DNA from: Euglena gracilis
Lineage: Eukaryota
DNA length: 64,000 nt
NCBI GenBank assembly: GCA_039621445.1
Contig: CP154954.1
Location: 1,488,001 to 1,552,000, forward strand
Reading direction: 5' to 3'
The position numbers were made by a program, and so were the translations under genes. How positions within the stretch are numbered: the first letter of the stretch is position 1; each line of letters begins with the position of its first letter. Under the pieces are notes generated by a model. The model saw only the letters and a list, made by a program, of their open reading frames with translations. It ran no database searches and was not told the origin of the DNA. Positions 1-30,513 of the stretch are shown one piece after another.

Positions 1-1218
1 AATTGTGCAAGATTGTTAGCTATTCGCGAAGTAACACAATTGAGTTTCAATAAAAAAATTTCAGGAGTTGATGGAAAAACTACTTTAAATTTTTTGGAAA
101 GATTTGAATTAAACGAATATTTAAGAAAAAATTGGAATAATTGGAAGCCTCAATCTTTAAGGAAAAGATGTGTTTTCGATTTAAATGAAAATTTAATCTC
201 AGATACAATTTCGACTATTTCGGATCGTTCCTGGCAAGTTTTGATTAAATTTGCCCTTGAACCTGTTCATGAAGCTTTTTTTCATCCATTTAATTTTGGT
301 TTTCGTTATAATGTTCCTATTTATAAGGTTCAGCAAGCTATTTTGCTTAATTTATCAAATATTTCGTTTGGTAGTAAAAAAAGAATTTTAAAAGTTGAGT
401 TAAATTGTAATTTTTCTATTTTTAATTATGATTATTTGATGAAAAAATTAATTGCTCCGAGAAATATTAAATTAGGGATTTTTCGTTTGTTGGAATTAGG
501 TTTCAATTTGCACTTTCCAGAAAATGAGTGTCAAATTTCGACTTTTAGTTCTTTGTTATTAAACGTTATGTTAAATGGAGTTGAAAACGTTCATAATTGT
601 GTGCGCTATGGTTATTATATGTTATTTTTTTTACGACCCATGGATAATGAAAAAATACTTGCAAATCAAATTCTCTCTTTACTTTATACGCGAGGTATAA
701 AAAAGAATTCTTCTAAATTTTTACTTGTATCCAACACTAAGGGTTTTGATTTTTTAGGTTGGCATTTTAAATTTTCGGAAAAAGTTAAAAATGGTATTTC
801 TGCAATTCCTAGCCTTAATAATTATCAATTTTTCCTTAATCGAGTTAAAAGAATAGTTAACAATTCAAATTATGGTTCTGTCGTTAAAGCCTCTAAGTTA
901 TATCCAGTAATAAAGAATTGGAGAGAGTATCACAAATATTCGGATTTAAGAAGTTTATCATATTCACTTTTTTTTGTAAAAAAACACGCTTTCTCTGCTT
1001 TTAATTCAGAATCTAAACAAGATTTTTATTCTTCTAAACGATTATTATTTAAATCTTTTTTAGTTTCTGAATCGTTCAATACTGTATCAAAAAAATATAA
1101 CTTTCATATTTTAAATTGTTTTTCTTTTGGTCACTTGACTTTTTTATCTGAATCCATTAATTTTTTTAACAAAATCAATTTATATTTTTGTGTTCATTGT
1201 GGAATGAAATGTATCTAG
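1..1218 (+). CDS. ycf13: ycf13/mat1 maturase-like protein, 5'-truncated copy in the left arm of the fold-back
   Basis: ORF 13..1218 has group II RT-like motifs (LEPVHEAFFHPFNFGFR; GFDFLGWHF) and domain X (LYPVIKNWREYH). It is the reverse complement of 4909..6124. Confidence 0.9.
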   Translation, partial: NCARLLAIREVTQLSFNKKISGVDGKTTLNFLERFELNEYLRKNWNNWKPQSLRKRCVFDLNENLISDTISTISDRSWQVLIKFALEPVHEAFFHPFNFGFRYNVPIYKVQQAILLNLSNISFGSKKRILKVELNCNFSIFNYDYLMKKLIAPRNIKLGIFRLLELGFNLHFPENECQISTFSSLLLNVMLNGVENVHNCVRYGYYMLFFLRPMDNEKILANQILSLLYTRGIKKNSSKFLLVSNTKGFDFLGWHFKFSEKVKNGISAIPSLNNYQFFLNRVKRIVNNSNYGSVVKASKLYPVIKNWREYHKYSDLRSLSYSLFFVKKHAFSAFNSESKQDFYSSKRLLFKSFLVSESFNTVSKKYNFHILNCFSFGHLTFLSESINFFNKINLYFCVHCGMKCI

Positions 1219-1361
1219 TTTTTTCATGAAATTTTATTTTCTTTTTAAGTTTTGTTCTTAGGTAAATTTTTTAGCCTTTATAAATTAAATAAAAATTAAA
1301 AAATTTTTATTTATAATTTGTTAGTAGTTTAATTAAATTAGTGATTATTTACTAAATTAAG

Positions 1362-2818
1362 CTCATGTAGCTCACGCTGGTTTAATAGTTTTTTGGGCTG
1401 GCGCTATGAATTTATTTGAAGTAGCTCATTTTGTTCCACAAAAACCTATGTATGAACAAGGATTGATATTATTGCCTCACTTAGCTACTTTAGGTTTTGG
1501 CGTTGGTTTTGATGGAATTGTTTTGGATACTTATCCTTTTTTCGTATGTGGTGTTCTTCATCTTATTTCTTCTGCTGTTTTAGGTTTTGGTGGTGTATTT
1601 CGTGCGGCACGTAATTTTATATTTTGGATGTTTTTCTAATTTTTTAAATCGCATTATATTGTATTTATTATTATATTAGTTACTAATATGACAAATCATT
1701 TGTCACTCTAAAAGATGTTTAAAAAAGATGTATTAAATAGCAGTTCTTTTAAAAATGAAAGATAAGTCTTTTATTTTTAGTTTAGATAAGTTTTGACAAG
1801 TTTGTGATAGGAGACACTATTATTCTAATTAAAGCTTTTATAAAAAGGCTAAATCGATATATTTAATCTTGCATTTTATTTTTAAGCTCAAAATTATCCT
1901 TTATTTACTTACTAGAAAAATTTCATTTTACAATATTGTGAACGTGTAAGCAATTAATTTTCTCAAATTTTGCAAAAGAAGTTTGCTCTCGATTATATAT
2001 ATTAAATAAAGTATTTAATTTTTTAATACAAAAATGCACAGTTTTTCGAGTTTTAATAAACTAATATTTAAAAAGAGCAAAAAATAAAAAATTTTTTATT
2101 AAGTTTTATTTTTATTAAAGCCTTGTGTATTGAAAAAGGCATGCTTGGCTTTATGAACGGCTTTTTTGTAATGGTAAAAAAAGTCTATTCGATATTCTTT
2201 AGCAGGTCCTGACACTTTAGAAGAGTCTTTTCGCTTCTTTGGATATACATGGAAACGTAAGAAAAAATTAGCTGCAATTTTAGGTATTCATTTATGCTTT
2301 GTGCAGGTAAAAATTTTAATATAACAATTAATTTTATGATGGTTTTAAAGTATTTATTTTTTATAAATTTAAATTTTAACGGTTTGTTGCTTGTTTTTTA
2401 TTTAACAATAAGTATATTAAATAAAAATAATTAAAGAATAATACTATTAAAAGAATTTTAAAGCTACGTTTAACTATAAAAATTTTTTAATTCTAATTAA
2501 TTATTTTTTTATGCATTATTGAAAGTTTTTTGATATTTCAAAAAGCAAGATAATTGAATTATAGTGATCTTTATTTGATAAAATTACCTTTTGGATTAAA
2601 ATTGCATTTTGTTTTTTTGCTTTTCTTTAATTTAAAGAAAAATTATTTTAATTATTTTTTACATCAGTAATTTGAGCATAATAAATAAAATAATTTTTGT
2701 TGTGTTTAAAGGAAGACTTATTTGTTTATATCTTTTGTTCTATCCTATTTAGGTTTAGGTGCACTTTTACTTGCTTGGAAAGCTATGTATGGTGGCGGTG
2801 TTTATGATACTTGGTGTC
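1362..2818 (+). CDS. psbC: psbC exons 5-7, fold-back duplicate (1362-1601, 2194-2300, 2749-2818)
   Basis: Translates to CP43 ([23 protein letters not shown]...; [21 protein letters not shown]). Introns start GTGCG/GTGCA. Confidence 0.85.
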
Positions 2819-3308
2819 GTGCGATTCGTAAATTTGTGTTAGTATAATTGTTATAATATTTTAAATTTTATGAAAATTTTTGTTTTTATAGGCTGATTTC
2901 TATAGTTTTTTGTAAAATAGAGTTAGAAAGATATTTATTAATTGTTAATAGTTATTAATTATTTTAGGATTTCATTTTTTATTTCTCAAAATTTGAGAAA
3001 TAAAAATTTTGTTAAATAGGCTAGCTAAGTACTTATTAATTTACAGTTAAGGTAACAATACAATTAAATAATAAATCAAATGAATAACTCAAAAACTTAG
3101 CTTAGCCTATTTAGACAAAATTTTTATTTCTCAAATTTTGAGAAATAAAAAATGAAATCCTAAAATAATTAATAACTATTAACAATTAATAAATATCTTT
3201 CTAACTCTATTTTACAAAAAACTATAGAAATCAGCCTATAAAAACAAAAATTTTCATAAAATTTAAAATATTATAACAATTATACTAACACAAATTTACG
3301 AATCGCAC

Positions 3309-22157
<18,849 letters not shown>

Positions 22158-22295
22158 AAATAATATTTTGTAATATAAAATAAGTAATCTCTAATATTAA
22201 CTAAAGAGCTAATTTTAGGTATTAAGATCCCCTATTTATATACTAAAAAAGGGAACACAAGCAAAAAATATTGCATAACAATCTATCAATTTACT

Positions 22296-23674
22296 ATGAA
22301 TAAAAAAACTAACGAAAGGCCTGTATTTCCTTTTACTTCTATTGTTGGACAAGAAGAGATGTGTGGCTAAACACATTGCACATTCAAATAAAAAACTTAA
22401 TAAAATAATATTATAAATTTAAAAAATAATAATTATTATTATTAAAAATAATTACTACCCTCTAAACTACAATTAATAAATAAAAAATAAAACAAATTGG
22501 CAAATAAAATACTGAATTTTCAACACAACTAAAAAAATTTTGTAAATTATTAAAATTTATTGTAGCTAATTGGAAGCAGTTTGGAAAACTATAGAAAATC
22601 CAAAAGAACATAAAATAACAATTTATAAATAAAAAACAAAGCTAAAAGGATAAACCACGTATAGTTTGAAAACAAATAAAATTTAGTTTTATGAAATTAT
22701 CATTAATCTTAAATGTAATAGATCCAAAAATAGGAGGTGTTATGATAATGGGTGATAGAGGAACAGGAAAGTCAACAATAGTTAGAGCGCTTGTTGACTT
22801 ACTACCACCTATTGATGTAATAGAAAACGACCCATATAATTCTGATCCATATGATACAGAATTAATGTCAGATGACGTTCTAGAAAAAATAAAAAAAAAC
22901 GAAAAAGTATCGATAATTCAAGTTAAAACACCTATGGTTGATTTACCATTAGGTGCAACTGAAGATCGTGTTTGTGGAACAATAGATATAGAAAAAGCAA
23001 TATCCGAAGGAAAAAAAGCATTCGAACCTGGTCTACTAGCACAAGCAAATAGAGGAATATTGTACGTTGATGAAGTTAACTTATTAGATGACCATTTAGT
23101 TGACGTTTTATTAGATTCCGCTGCTTCAGGATGGAACACGGTAGAAAGAGAAGGAGTTTCGATTTGCCATCCTGCAAGATTTATACTAGTAGGATCAGGA
23201 AATCCTGAAGAAGGAGAACTTAGACCACAATTACTAGATAGATTCGGAATGCATGCACAAATTAAAACACTAAAGGAACCAGCGCTTCGTGTAAAAATAG
23301 TACAACAACGAGAACTATTTGAAAAAAGCCCTAAAGAGTTCAAAGAAAAATATAAGGAAGAACAAAATAAACTAATGGAAAAAATTATAAATGCAAGAAA
23401 AAAATTAAAAAACATAATAATAAAATACGAACTTTTAGAAAAAATATCACAAATCTGTTCTGAACTAAATGTTGATGGACTAAGAGGAGATATGGTAACA
23501 AGTCGTGCAGCAAAAGCATTAGTAGCATTTGAAGATCGCACAGAAGTAACACCTAAAGACATTTTCACTGTAATTACGCTTTGTTTACGACATCGATTAC
23601 GTAAAGACCCTTTAGAATCAATAGATTCGGGATATAAAGTGCAAGAAACCTTTAAAAAAGTGTTCAATTACTAA
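22296..23674 (+). CDS. chlI: Magnesium chelatase subunit I (exons 22296-22360 and 22693-23674; 332-nt group II intron)
   Basis: [43 protein letters not shown]; Walker B ILYVDEVN. The intron runs GTGTGG...TTTTAT. Confidence 0.97.
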
Positions 23675-23705
23675 AAAATAGCTAAAACAAGAAAACTAAT
23701 TTACA

Positions 23706-23729
23706 TTTTCTGAGAAGTATTTCAGAAAA
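23706..23729 (+). terminator. Hairpin downstream of chlI
   Basis: TTTTCTGA-N8-TCAGAAAA inverted repeat. Confidence 0.35.
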
Positions 23730-23755
23730 TACATTAAAAATGTTAAAAATATTCT

Positions 23756-23834
23756 TCCTTCGTGGTGAAATGGTAAACACGTGTGATTCAAAATCACATG
23801 CATAAGCTTGCCGGTTCGAGTCCGGTCGAAGGTA
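23756..23834 (+). tRNA. trnL-CAA: tRNA-Leu(CAA)
   Basis: Cloverleaf with anticodon arm TGTGA-TTCAAAA-TCACA, variable arm, and T arm GCCGG-TTCGAGT-CCGGT. Confidence 0.93.
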
Positions 23835-25691
23835 AAACTCTCGAAATAAAAAACGTTAATAAAAAAGTTGCAATATATATCTAGATTAAAATCAACGTCT
23901 TTTATTTTGAAAAATGTTAAATTTATAACAAAATTTGAATAATGGAAAGTACCCAAAACGTGATGTCGTAGATTGAAATCTTACAAAACAATAGTTGATA
24001 TTGATTTTTTGTTTTTTACATAATTATGTAAAAAATTTAATATTAGTTAAAATAATAATATAGACTTTGAAAAATTATGAAACTAAAAAGAAAAAGTAAA
24101 ATGTGAACTAGATTTACTTCTTAAAGACAAACTTATAGGTTTAAGCAAAAAACATTAGAAAAGCTAATTTTGAATTTTAAATTACTATTTATGGATAAAA
24201 GGAAATTAAATTAATTCAAAATTTTGATTTTTAAAATGAATCTAATTTCAAATCATAAATTCTCTTGCAAAGTAATAATTTTAATGACTTGGATTACTTT
24301 TGAAACGAACATGATTCACATTGTTTTCAAAATTTTTATTGTTTACTATATTGATGAGTATTGATGAGTTAACAAGATAAAACTATCTGGGTGTATAAAA
24401 AATATCATAGAATAATAATTGAATAAAAATAAAATATTCTAAAACATATAATTTTCTGGAATTTACAAACTTTATTACAAAAAAGTGTACAACAGAATTA
24501 TATATATACAAAAATTTATTTTTAAAAATATATAAATTATAACACTTTTAAAATTTTAATAGCTTCTTGAAAAATTTTAGTGACAGTAAAAAATAATAAA
24601 AACGCGTTTAATACATAATAACTACTATAAAGTATTTATATAGATTATTTTAAATCTTAAATAATCTATTATTATTACCTATTTTTGAAATAATATTAGT
24701 ATAAATATACATATTTAGTAATAAACTATTATCACAAATAGTGTAATCATTGTCATTTTCGTAAAATTTTAATTTCCAGCAACAAGCAAAATTTTGTTTA
24801 ACAAAGCTTTTTGCCGATTAAACTAATACAAATAATTTACCCACATTTTTGATATAAAGAAGTATTACAAGAAGTACAGATGAATAAATCAAAAGTAGTT
24901 ACAAAATATTATTAATATTTAATACCTTACAATTAATTTTTAGTATTGTATTTATTCATAAAAAATGAGATCGAACTTTTAGAGTACAATCATTTAGTCT
25001 ACCATAATTATATATTAAGTAACTTGAATATGACGTTTCAGAAGAATAATAGCATAAGTGATTACAGGAATAATAATAATAAGTAAGATAATCTATCATC
25101 ACGAATAATAATCTAACATTGAATAAGAACAAGAATAATAGAAATTGAGAAAAACTCTATATATATATCTAGACATTTCTGTTTGTTTCTAAGTAAAATC
25201 CTACGAAACATACAATTTTATATTACATTAAATATGTAACTCATGTAAAAATATTGTTAGCTCTAAACATCTTCTATTTTTTCATTATATCATTTTTCTG
25301 AAAAACCTATCTCTGATAATGAACTGTAATAATTAACTAACACTTATAAACTTTGTTTATCTTGAAATCTTAAACCTTAAAATATTATCTTGGAAAGTAA
25401 ACATCTTTTATCTGGCAGAAATAACCAACCAGTTCTTCCATCCGGACTTGACGTATGGATGGATTATGGATGGATACAACCTGATTGAGCAATAGAATCG
25501 AATCTAAGCATTTCCTCGGCAATGGGTTCACTTCCTTTTTACCCTTTAAGAAATTACGTATGCATTAGCCACACACATAGCTAAATAGAAAGCAGTTTGT
25601 GTGGTTCTTTGGATTACAATAAACGTTACGGAATTTAACCATAAAGTACTTAATAATTAATAAATCAGGGTTAATAATCAATAAAAAACCA

Positions 25692-25797
25692 TAAGGCGTA
25701 GGTCTCCAAAACCTGATGTAGTAGGTTCGAATCCTACAAAGCGCGCTTTTAGTGTACACATTATAGTAAATGTGCCCCTTGCTTGGTCACCAAGGGG
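25692..25797 (+). pseudogene. Partial pseudo-trnW(CCA) plus truncated 16S leader (orphan copy)
   Basis: Matches 32885-~32990. Only the anticodon arm (TAGGT-CTCCAAA-ACCTG), T arm and 3' acceptor strand are present. Confidence 0.85.
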
Positions 25798-25829
25798 ACT
25801 GATGTAGAATATATTCAGTAAAGACCATT

Positions 25830-26952
25830 TAAGTACATTGGTATATATAGTATATATAATATATATAAGTACATTAATATATATAAGTACATTGGTATAT
25901 ATAGTATATATAATATATATAAGTACATTAATATATATAAGTACATTGGTATATATAGTATATATAATATATATAAGTACATTAATATATATAAGTACAT
26001 TGGTATATATAGTATATATAATATATATAAGTACATTAATATATATAAGTACATTGGTATATATAGTATATATAATATATATAAGTACATTAATATATAT
26101 AATTACATTTGTATATATAGTATATTTAATATATATAAGTACATTAATATATATAAGTACATTGGTATATATAGTATATATAATATATAAGTACATTAAT
26201 ATATATAAGTACATTGGTATATATAGTATATATAATATATATAAGTACATTAATATATATAAGTACATTGGATAGTATATATAATATATATTAGTACATT
26301 AATTTAAATAAGTACATTGTTAAACATAGTATATATAATATATATAAGTACATTAATATATATAAGTACATTGGTATATATAGTATATATAATATATATA
26401 AGTACATTAATATATATAAGTACATTGGTATATATAGTATATATAATATATATAAGTATATGAATATATATAAGTACATTGATATATATATTATATATAG
26501 TATATATAAGTACATTTATATATATAAGTACATTGGTATATATAGTATATATAATATATATAAGTACATTAATATATATAAGTACATTGGTATATATAGT
26601 ATATATAATATATAAGTACATTAATATATATAAGTACATTGGTATATATAGTATATATAATATATATAAGTACATTAATATATATAAGTACATTGGTATA
26701 TATAGTATATATAATATATAAGTACATTAATATATATAAGTACATTGGTATATATAGTATATATAATATATATAAGTACATTAATATATATAAGTACATT
26801 GGTATATATAGTATATATAATATATATAAGTACATTAATATATATAAGTACATTGGTATATATAGTATATATAATATATATAAGTACATTAATATATATA
26901 AGTACATTGGTATATATAGTATATATAAGTACATTGGTATATATAAGTACAT
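25830..26952. repeat. 54-bp VNTR, about 20 units (AAGTACATTGGTATATATAGTATATATAATATATATAAGTACATTAATATATAT)
   Basis: Visible tandem array with some 52-bp and degenerate units. It corresponds to the known E. gracilis VNTR near the mapped replication origin. Confidence 0.95.
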
Positions 26953-27176
26953 AACCCTTGATTCTTGGGTTTTTTGCAAAATTACTTCGGGAATTTTTTG
27001 CATTTAACCTACAATGCAATTAAAATATAGTTATTGATATATATTCAATGATCTATTTTTTTTTGTATTTTTTTTAGTTTGATTAAGAATTATTATTTTT
27101 TTATTTTTTATGACACATTCATAGAAATAGGTAAAGAAAATTAAAAGCAAAAAAAACGATTTCTTATATTCATTTT

Positions 27177-28322
27177 ATGATTTTTACGATGTATTTCTTT
27201 AGAAATTTTGTTTTTTTATACTTTTTTATGAACTATATAATTAAAGTAAAATCTATTTTAATTAATCGATATTCGTTGGCTACCTGCAATGCAATTTTAT
27301 TGTATTTTTTTCAAACAAATTATTATAAAATTTATTTGTTAGTTAATACTAGTTTATCTTTTTACAATTTAATTTTTTTCCTTAGGAATTTTCTAAGGAT
27401 AGTAAAAAAAAAAAACGATCCAAAAGTTTTTCTTTTGGCTTTATTGATAATTTCGAAAAATTATATCCAATATGCGCTTTACTGTAATTTTTTGTTTCAA
27501 GTTGGTAACAGAACATTAAAAGTAATCAAGTCCGTTGAAATTTCTAAAAATGAAATTTTGAAAAACGACCCTTCGTTGAAGGCTTTGGAGTTTTGGAAAA
27601 AAATTAAAATATTTTATAGTAAGAATTTTATTTCCAAAATTGCCGTAATTATGGTAATTAGTTTTTCTGGTTATTGCGCATTTAATTTTGCATTTAAATT
27701 TTTTGGTGTACTTAAAGAATCTTCAAAAATCTTGGCTTCTTTTTTCTCTTTTAATCATGATCAAAAAAATGATAATTCTGAAGACAATCGTTCCGAAGAT
27801 GATTTAAAGTCAAGTCAAGACCCAGTAAATATTCCTTCTATCGAACAAAGTTTCAAAGTTGAAGATTTTTCAATTTTCAATCCTGATTTTTGGTCAACTG
27901 ATTTTGATAAAATTTTATTGGAAGAGGGTTATGACCTAGAGGGTTCATTAAGCACTTTATGGTTAACTCCAAGAACATTTATTGTGATGAAAAGGATCGT
28001 GCAAACTGGTTTCTATTTAAGTATGTGTGTAGCTAATGCATATGCAATTGCTGAAACCGTAAAAAGAGGTCAGCCGGTTAGCAATGATATGTTACAATTT
28101 AATCCGACTTTGCAAACAGGATTTGTCTACCCATACGGGCAGTCAATGTCAGCACCCGGTCAAATACCTGGGGGGAATTTGGGCCGAACGTTTGTTCCTG
28201 AAGAAAAAATGTTTACTTCACAAGATCTAGCAGTTTCATCCAACTGTAATGTGGGGGATGGATTTGTTGAGGTTATAGAAATCCCATTTAATTATTATAA
28301 GGATGCATTACCCCCCGAGTAA
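27177..28322 (+). CDS. Hypothetical protein (381 aa) with hydrophobic N-terminus and acidic central linker
   Basis: Long ATG-initiated ORF whose 3' third is GC-richer. No recognised family. Confidence 0.65.
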   Translation: MIFTMYFFRNFVFLYFFMNYIIKVKSILINRYSLATCNAILLYFFQTNYYKIYLLVNTSLSFYNLIFFLRNFLRIVKKKNDPKVFLLALLIISKNYIQYALYCNFLFQVGNRTLKVIKSVEISKNEILKNDPSLKALEFWKKIKIFYSKNFISKIAVIMVISFSGYCAFNFAFKFFGVLKESSKILASFFSFNHDQKNDNSEDNRSEDDLKSSQDPVNIPSIEQSFKVEDFSIFNPDFWSTDFDKILLEEGYDLEGSLSTLWLTPRTFIVMKRIVQTGFYLSMCVANAYAIAETVKRGQPVSNDMLQFNPTLQTGFVYPYGQSMSAPGQIPGGNLGRTFVPEEKMFTSQDLAVSSNCNVGDGFVEVIEIPFNYYKDALPPE

Positions 28323-28331
28323 TATTCCTTT

Positions 28332-30513
28332 CTATTTTCGATTTCAAAGAAAAATATCAATATATTAAATTTTTTATGTATTAAATAACTTGATACATAA
28401 TTATTAGTAGTCACTACGTTTTTTATACGTAATATTATTTCTTTAACACATGGTTTTTTATATAAAAATAGGTCAATTTTTTTTATTATTTTTTTTAAAA
28501 AAAAAAAAATGCTTTGTAGACTATGTGGTAACTACATTTCAGTATCGTAATTAGTACGACAGCTCGAATTTGGGTTTTGCAATTTTTTTTTTCATTTTTT
28601 TTTTTTTTTTTGCAAATAGGGGGGGTTGTTCTAAAATTCGGTGATTTTATTTATGGGAGATTTTTATGCATTCAATAGTGCCGGGTAAAAATTGGCATGT
28701 TTTTATTAAGACAGGATTCGGTAGTTTTGAGGATTTTAACTTATTATTCATCAAAAAAAGCAATTTCTTACATTTTATTTATGATTTTTAGGATGTATTT
28801 ATTCAGAAAATTTATTTTTTTCTTTAAGCAAAACTGTGTTATTTTTTTTGCTTATATATTTTTCCTTGATTCCAGAGTTCTTGCAATTTACTTCGGGATT
28901 TTTTAAAATTTAACCTACAACGAAATTGTAGTTAAGATATATTTTAATGATCTATTTTTTTATATTTTTTAAAAAGTTGTTATTTGTTATTATTTTTTTT
29001 TTAAATTAAAATTTTTATATTTTTAAAAATAATTTTTTTTAAAAAAAATTATTATTATAGAAAAAAAAAATCCTTAATTGGTAACGTTGTGATTATGTTA
29101 CTTCATCGTAGTGGGTCGCAAGTTCGAATTGAAGGTTTGCAATTTTTTTTTTCATTTTTTTTTTTTTTTTTGCATAATGGAGATATGGGAGTTTGAGGTT
29201 TTCAAAAAATGATTTATTTTTTTATTTATGGGAGATTTTATTATGTTTTATTTTATGTGCTCAATGGTTCCCGAAAGGGATTATCAAAAATTAATGGAAG
29301 ATAAAAAGGAATTAGAAAGAAATGATTATCCTATTTTTAATGAAAAAAAACCTAATGATCAACTTTTTAGTTGGGAAGATGTTGTTCTGAGAAACGAAAT
29401 TGCTGAAAAACGTCGCAGAAAACAGTATGGCGAATCATATGAATATGATTCTAAGCAAAGAGAAAAGCAATTTTATGAGTTTATTGAAAAATTTCTTGAG
29501 GAAAAAGGAGTTGAGTTACCGCGTAACTTATACACAGATAATACTATTATAGAAATGCAAAAAACGGAGGAGTAAAAAAATTACCTCTGATGTCAATACA
29601 TACTATTTTCGATTTCAAAGAAAAATATCAATATATTAAATTTTTTATGTATTAAATAACTTGATACATAATTATTAGTAGTCACTACGTTTTTTATACG
29701 TAATATTATTTCCTTAACACATGGTTTTTTATATAAAAATAGGTCAATTTTTTTTATTATTTTTTTAGAAAAAAAAAAATGCTTTGTAGACTATGTGGTA
29801 ACTACATTTCAGTATCGTAATTAGTACGACAGCTCGAATTTGGGTTTTGCAATTTTTTTTTTCATTTTTTTTTTTTTTTTTGCAAATAGGGGGGGGTTGT
29901 TCTAAAATTCGGTGATTTTATTTATGGGAGATTTTTATGCATTCAATAGTGCCGGGTAAAAATTGGCATGTTTTTATTAAGACAGGATTCGGTAGTTTTG
30001 AGGATTTTAACTTATTATTCATCAAAAAAAGCAATTTCTTACATTTTATTTATGATTTTTAGGATGTATTTATTCAGAAAATTTATTTTTTTCTTTAAGC
30101 AAAACTGTGTTATTTTTTTTGCTTATATATTTTTCCTTGATTCCAGAGTTCTTGCAATTTACTTCGGGATTTTTTAAAATTTAACCTACAACGAAATTGT
30201 AGTTAAGATATATTTTAATGATCTATTTTTTTATATTTTTTAAAAAGTTGTTATTTGTTATTATTTTTTTTTCAATTAAGATTTTTATATTTTTCACACT
30301 CATTTTTTTTTAAAAAAATTATTATTATAGAAAAAAAATCCTTAATTGGTAACGTTGTGATTATGTTACTTCATCGTAGTGGGTCGCAAGTTCGAATTGA
30401 AGGTTTGCAAATTTTTTTTTCATTTTTTTTTTTTTTTTGCATAATGGAGATATGGAAGTTTGAGGTTTTCAAAAAATGATTTATTTTTTTATTTATGGGA
30501 GATTTTATTATGT
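28332..30513 (+). repeat. ~915-bp direct repeat (28332-~29246 and 29603-~30513)
   Basis: Identical ORFs 28697..28906 and 29968..30177. Both copies start CTATTTTCGATTTCAAAG and end ATGGGAGATTTTATTATGT. Confidence 0.92.
29228..29575 (+). CDS. Hypothetical charged protein (115 aa), partly paralogous to downstream ORFs
   Basis: Starts MGDFIM..SMVP like 30495. EDKKELERND..NDQLF resembles EEKKELEIND..NDQFL of 30956..31549. Confidence 0.5.
   Translation: MGDFIMFYFMCSMVPERDYQKLMEDKKELERNDYPIFNEKKPNDQLFSWEDVVLRNEIAEKRRRKQYGESYEYDSKQREKQFYEFIEKFLEEKGVELPRNLYTDNTIIEMQKTEE

Noticed and set aside
22918-23667. 249-aa minus-strand ORF
   Set aside because: It is the antisense shadow of chlI.
24860-24868. 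AAGTATTAC, a circovirus-like origin nonanucleotide
   Set aside because: There is no flanking stem, it is far from the Rep relics, and it is expected by chance in AT-rich DNA.
25678-27019. Repetitive Tyr/Ile ORFs, or a CRISPR-like array
   Set aside because: These are translations of a 54-bp tandem repeat. There are no unique spacers and no cas genes.
28415-28440. TAATATTAT beside a small TACGT/ACGTA hairpin (also ~29701) as a geminivirus-like origin
   Set aside because: It mismatches TAATATTAC and lies outside the loop, so support is insufficient.
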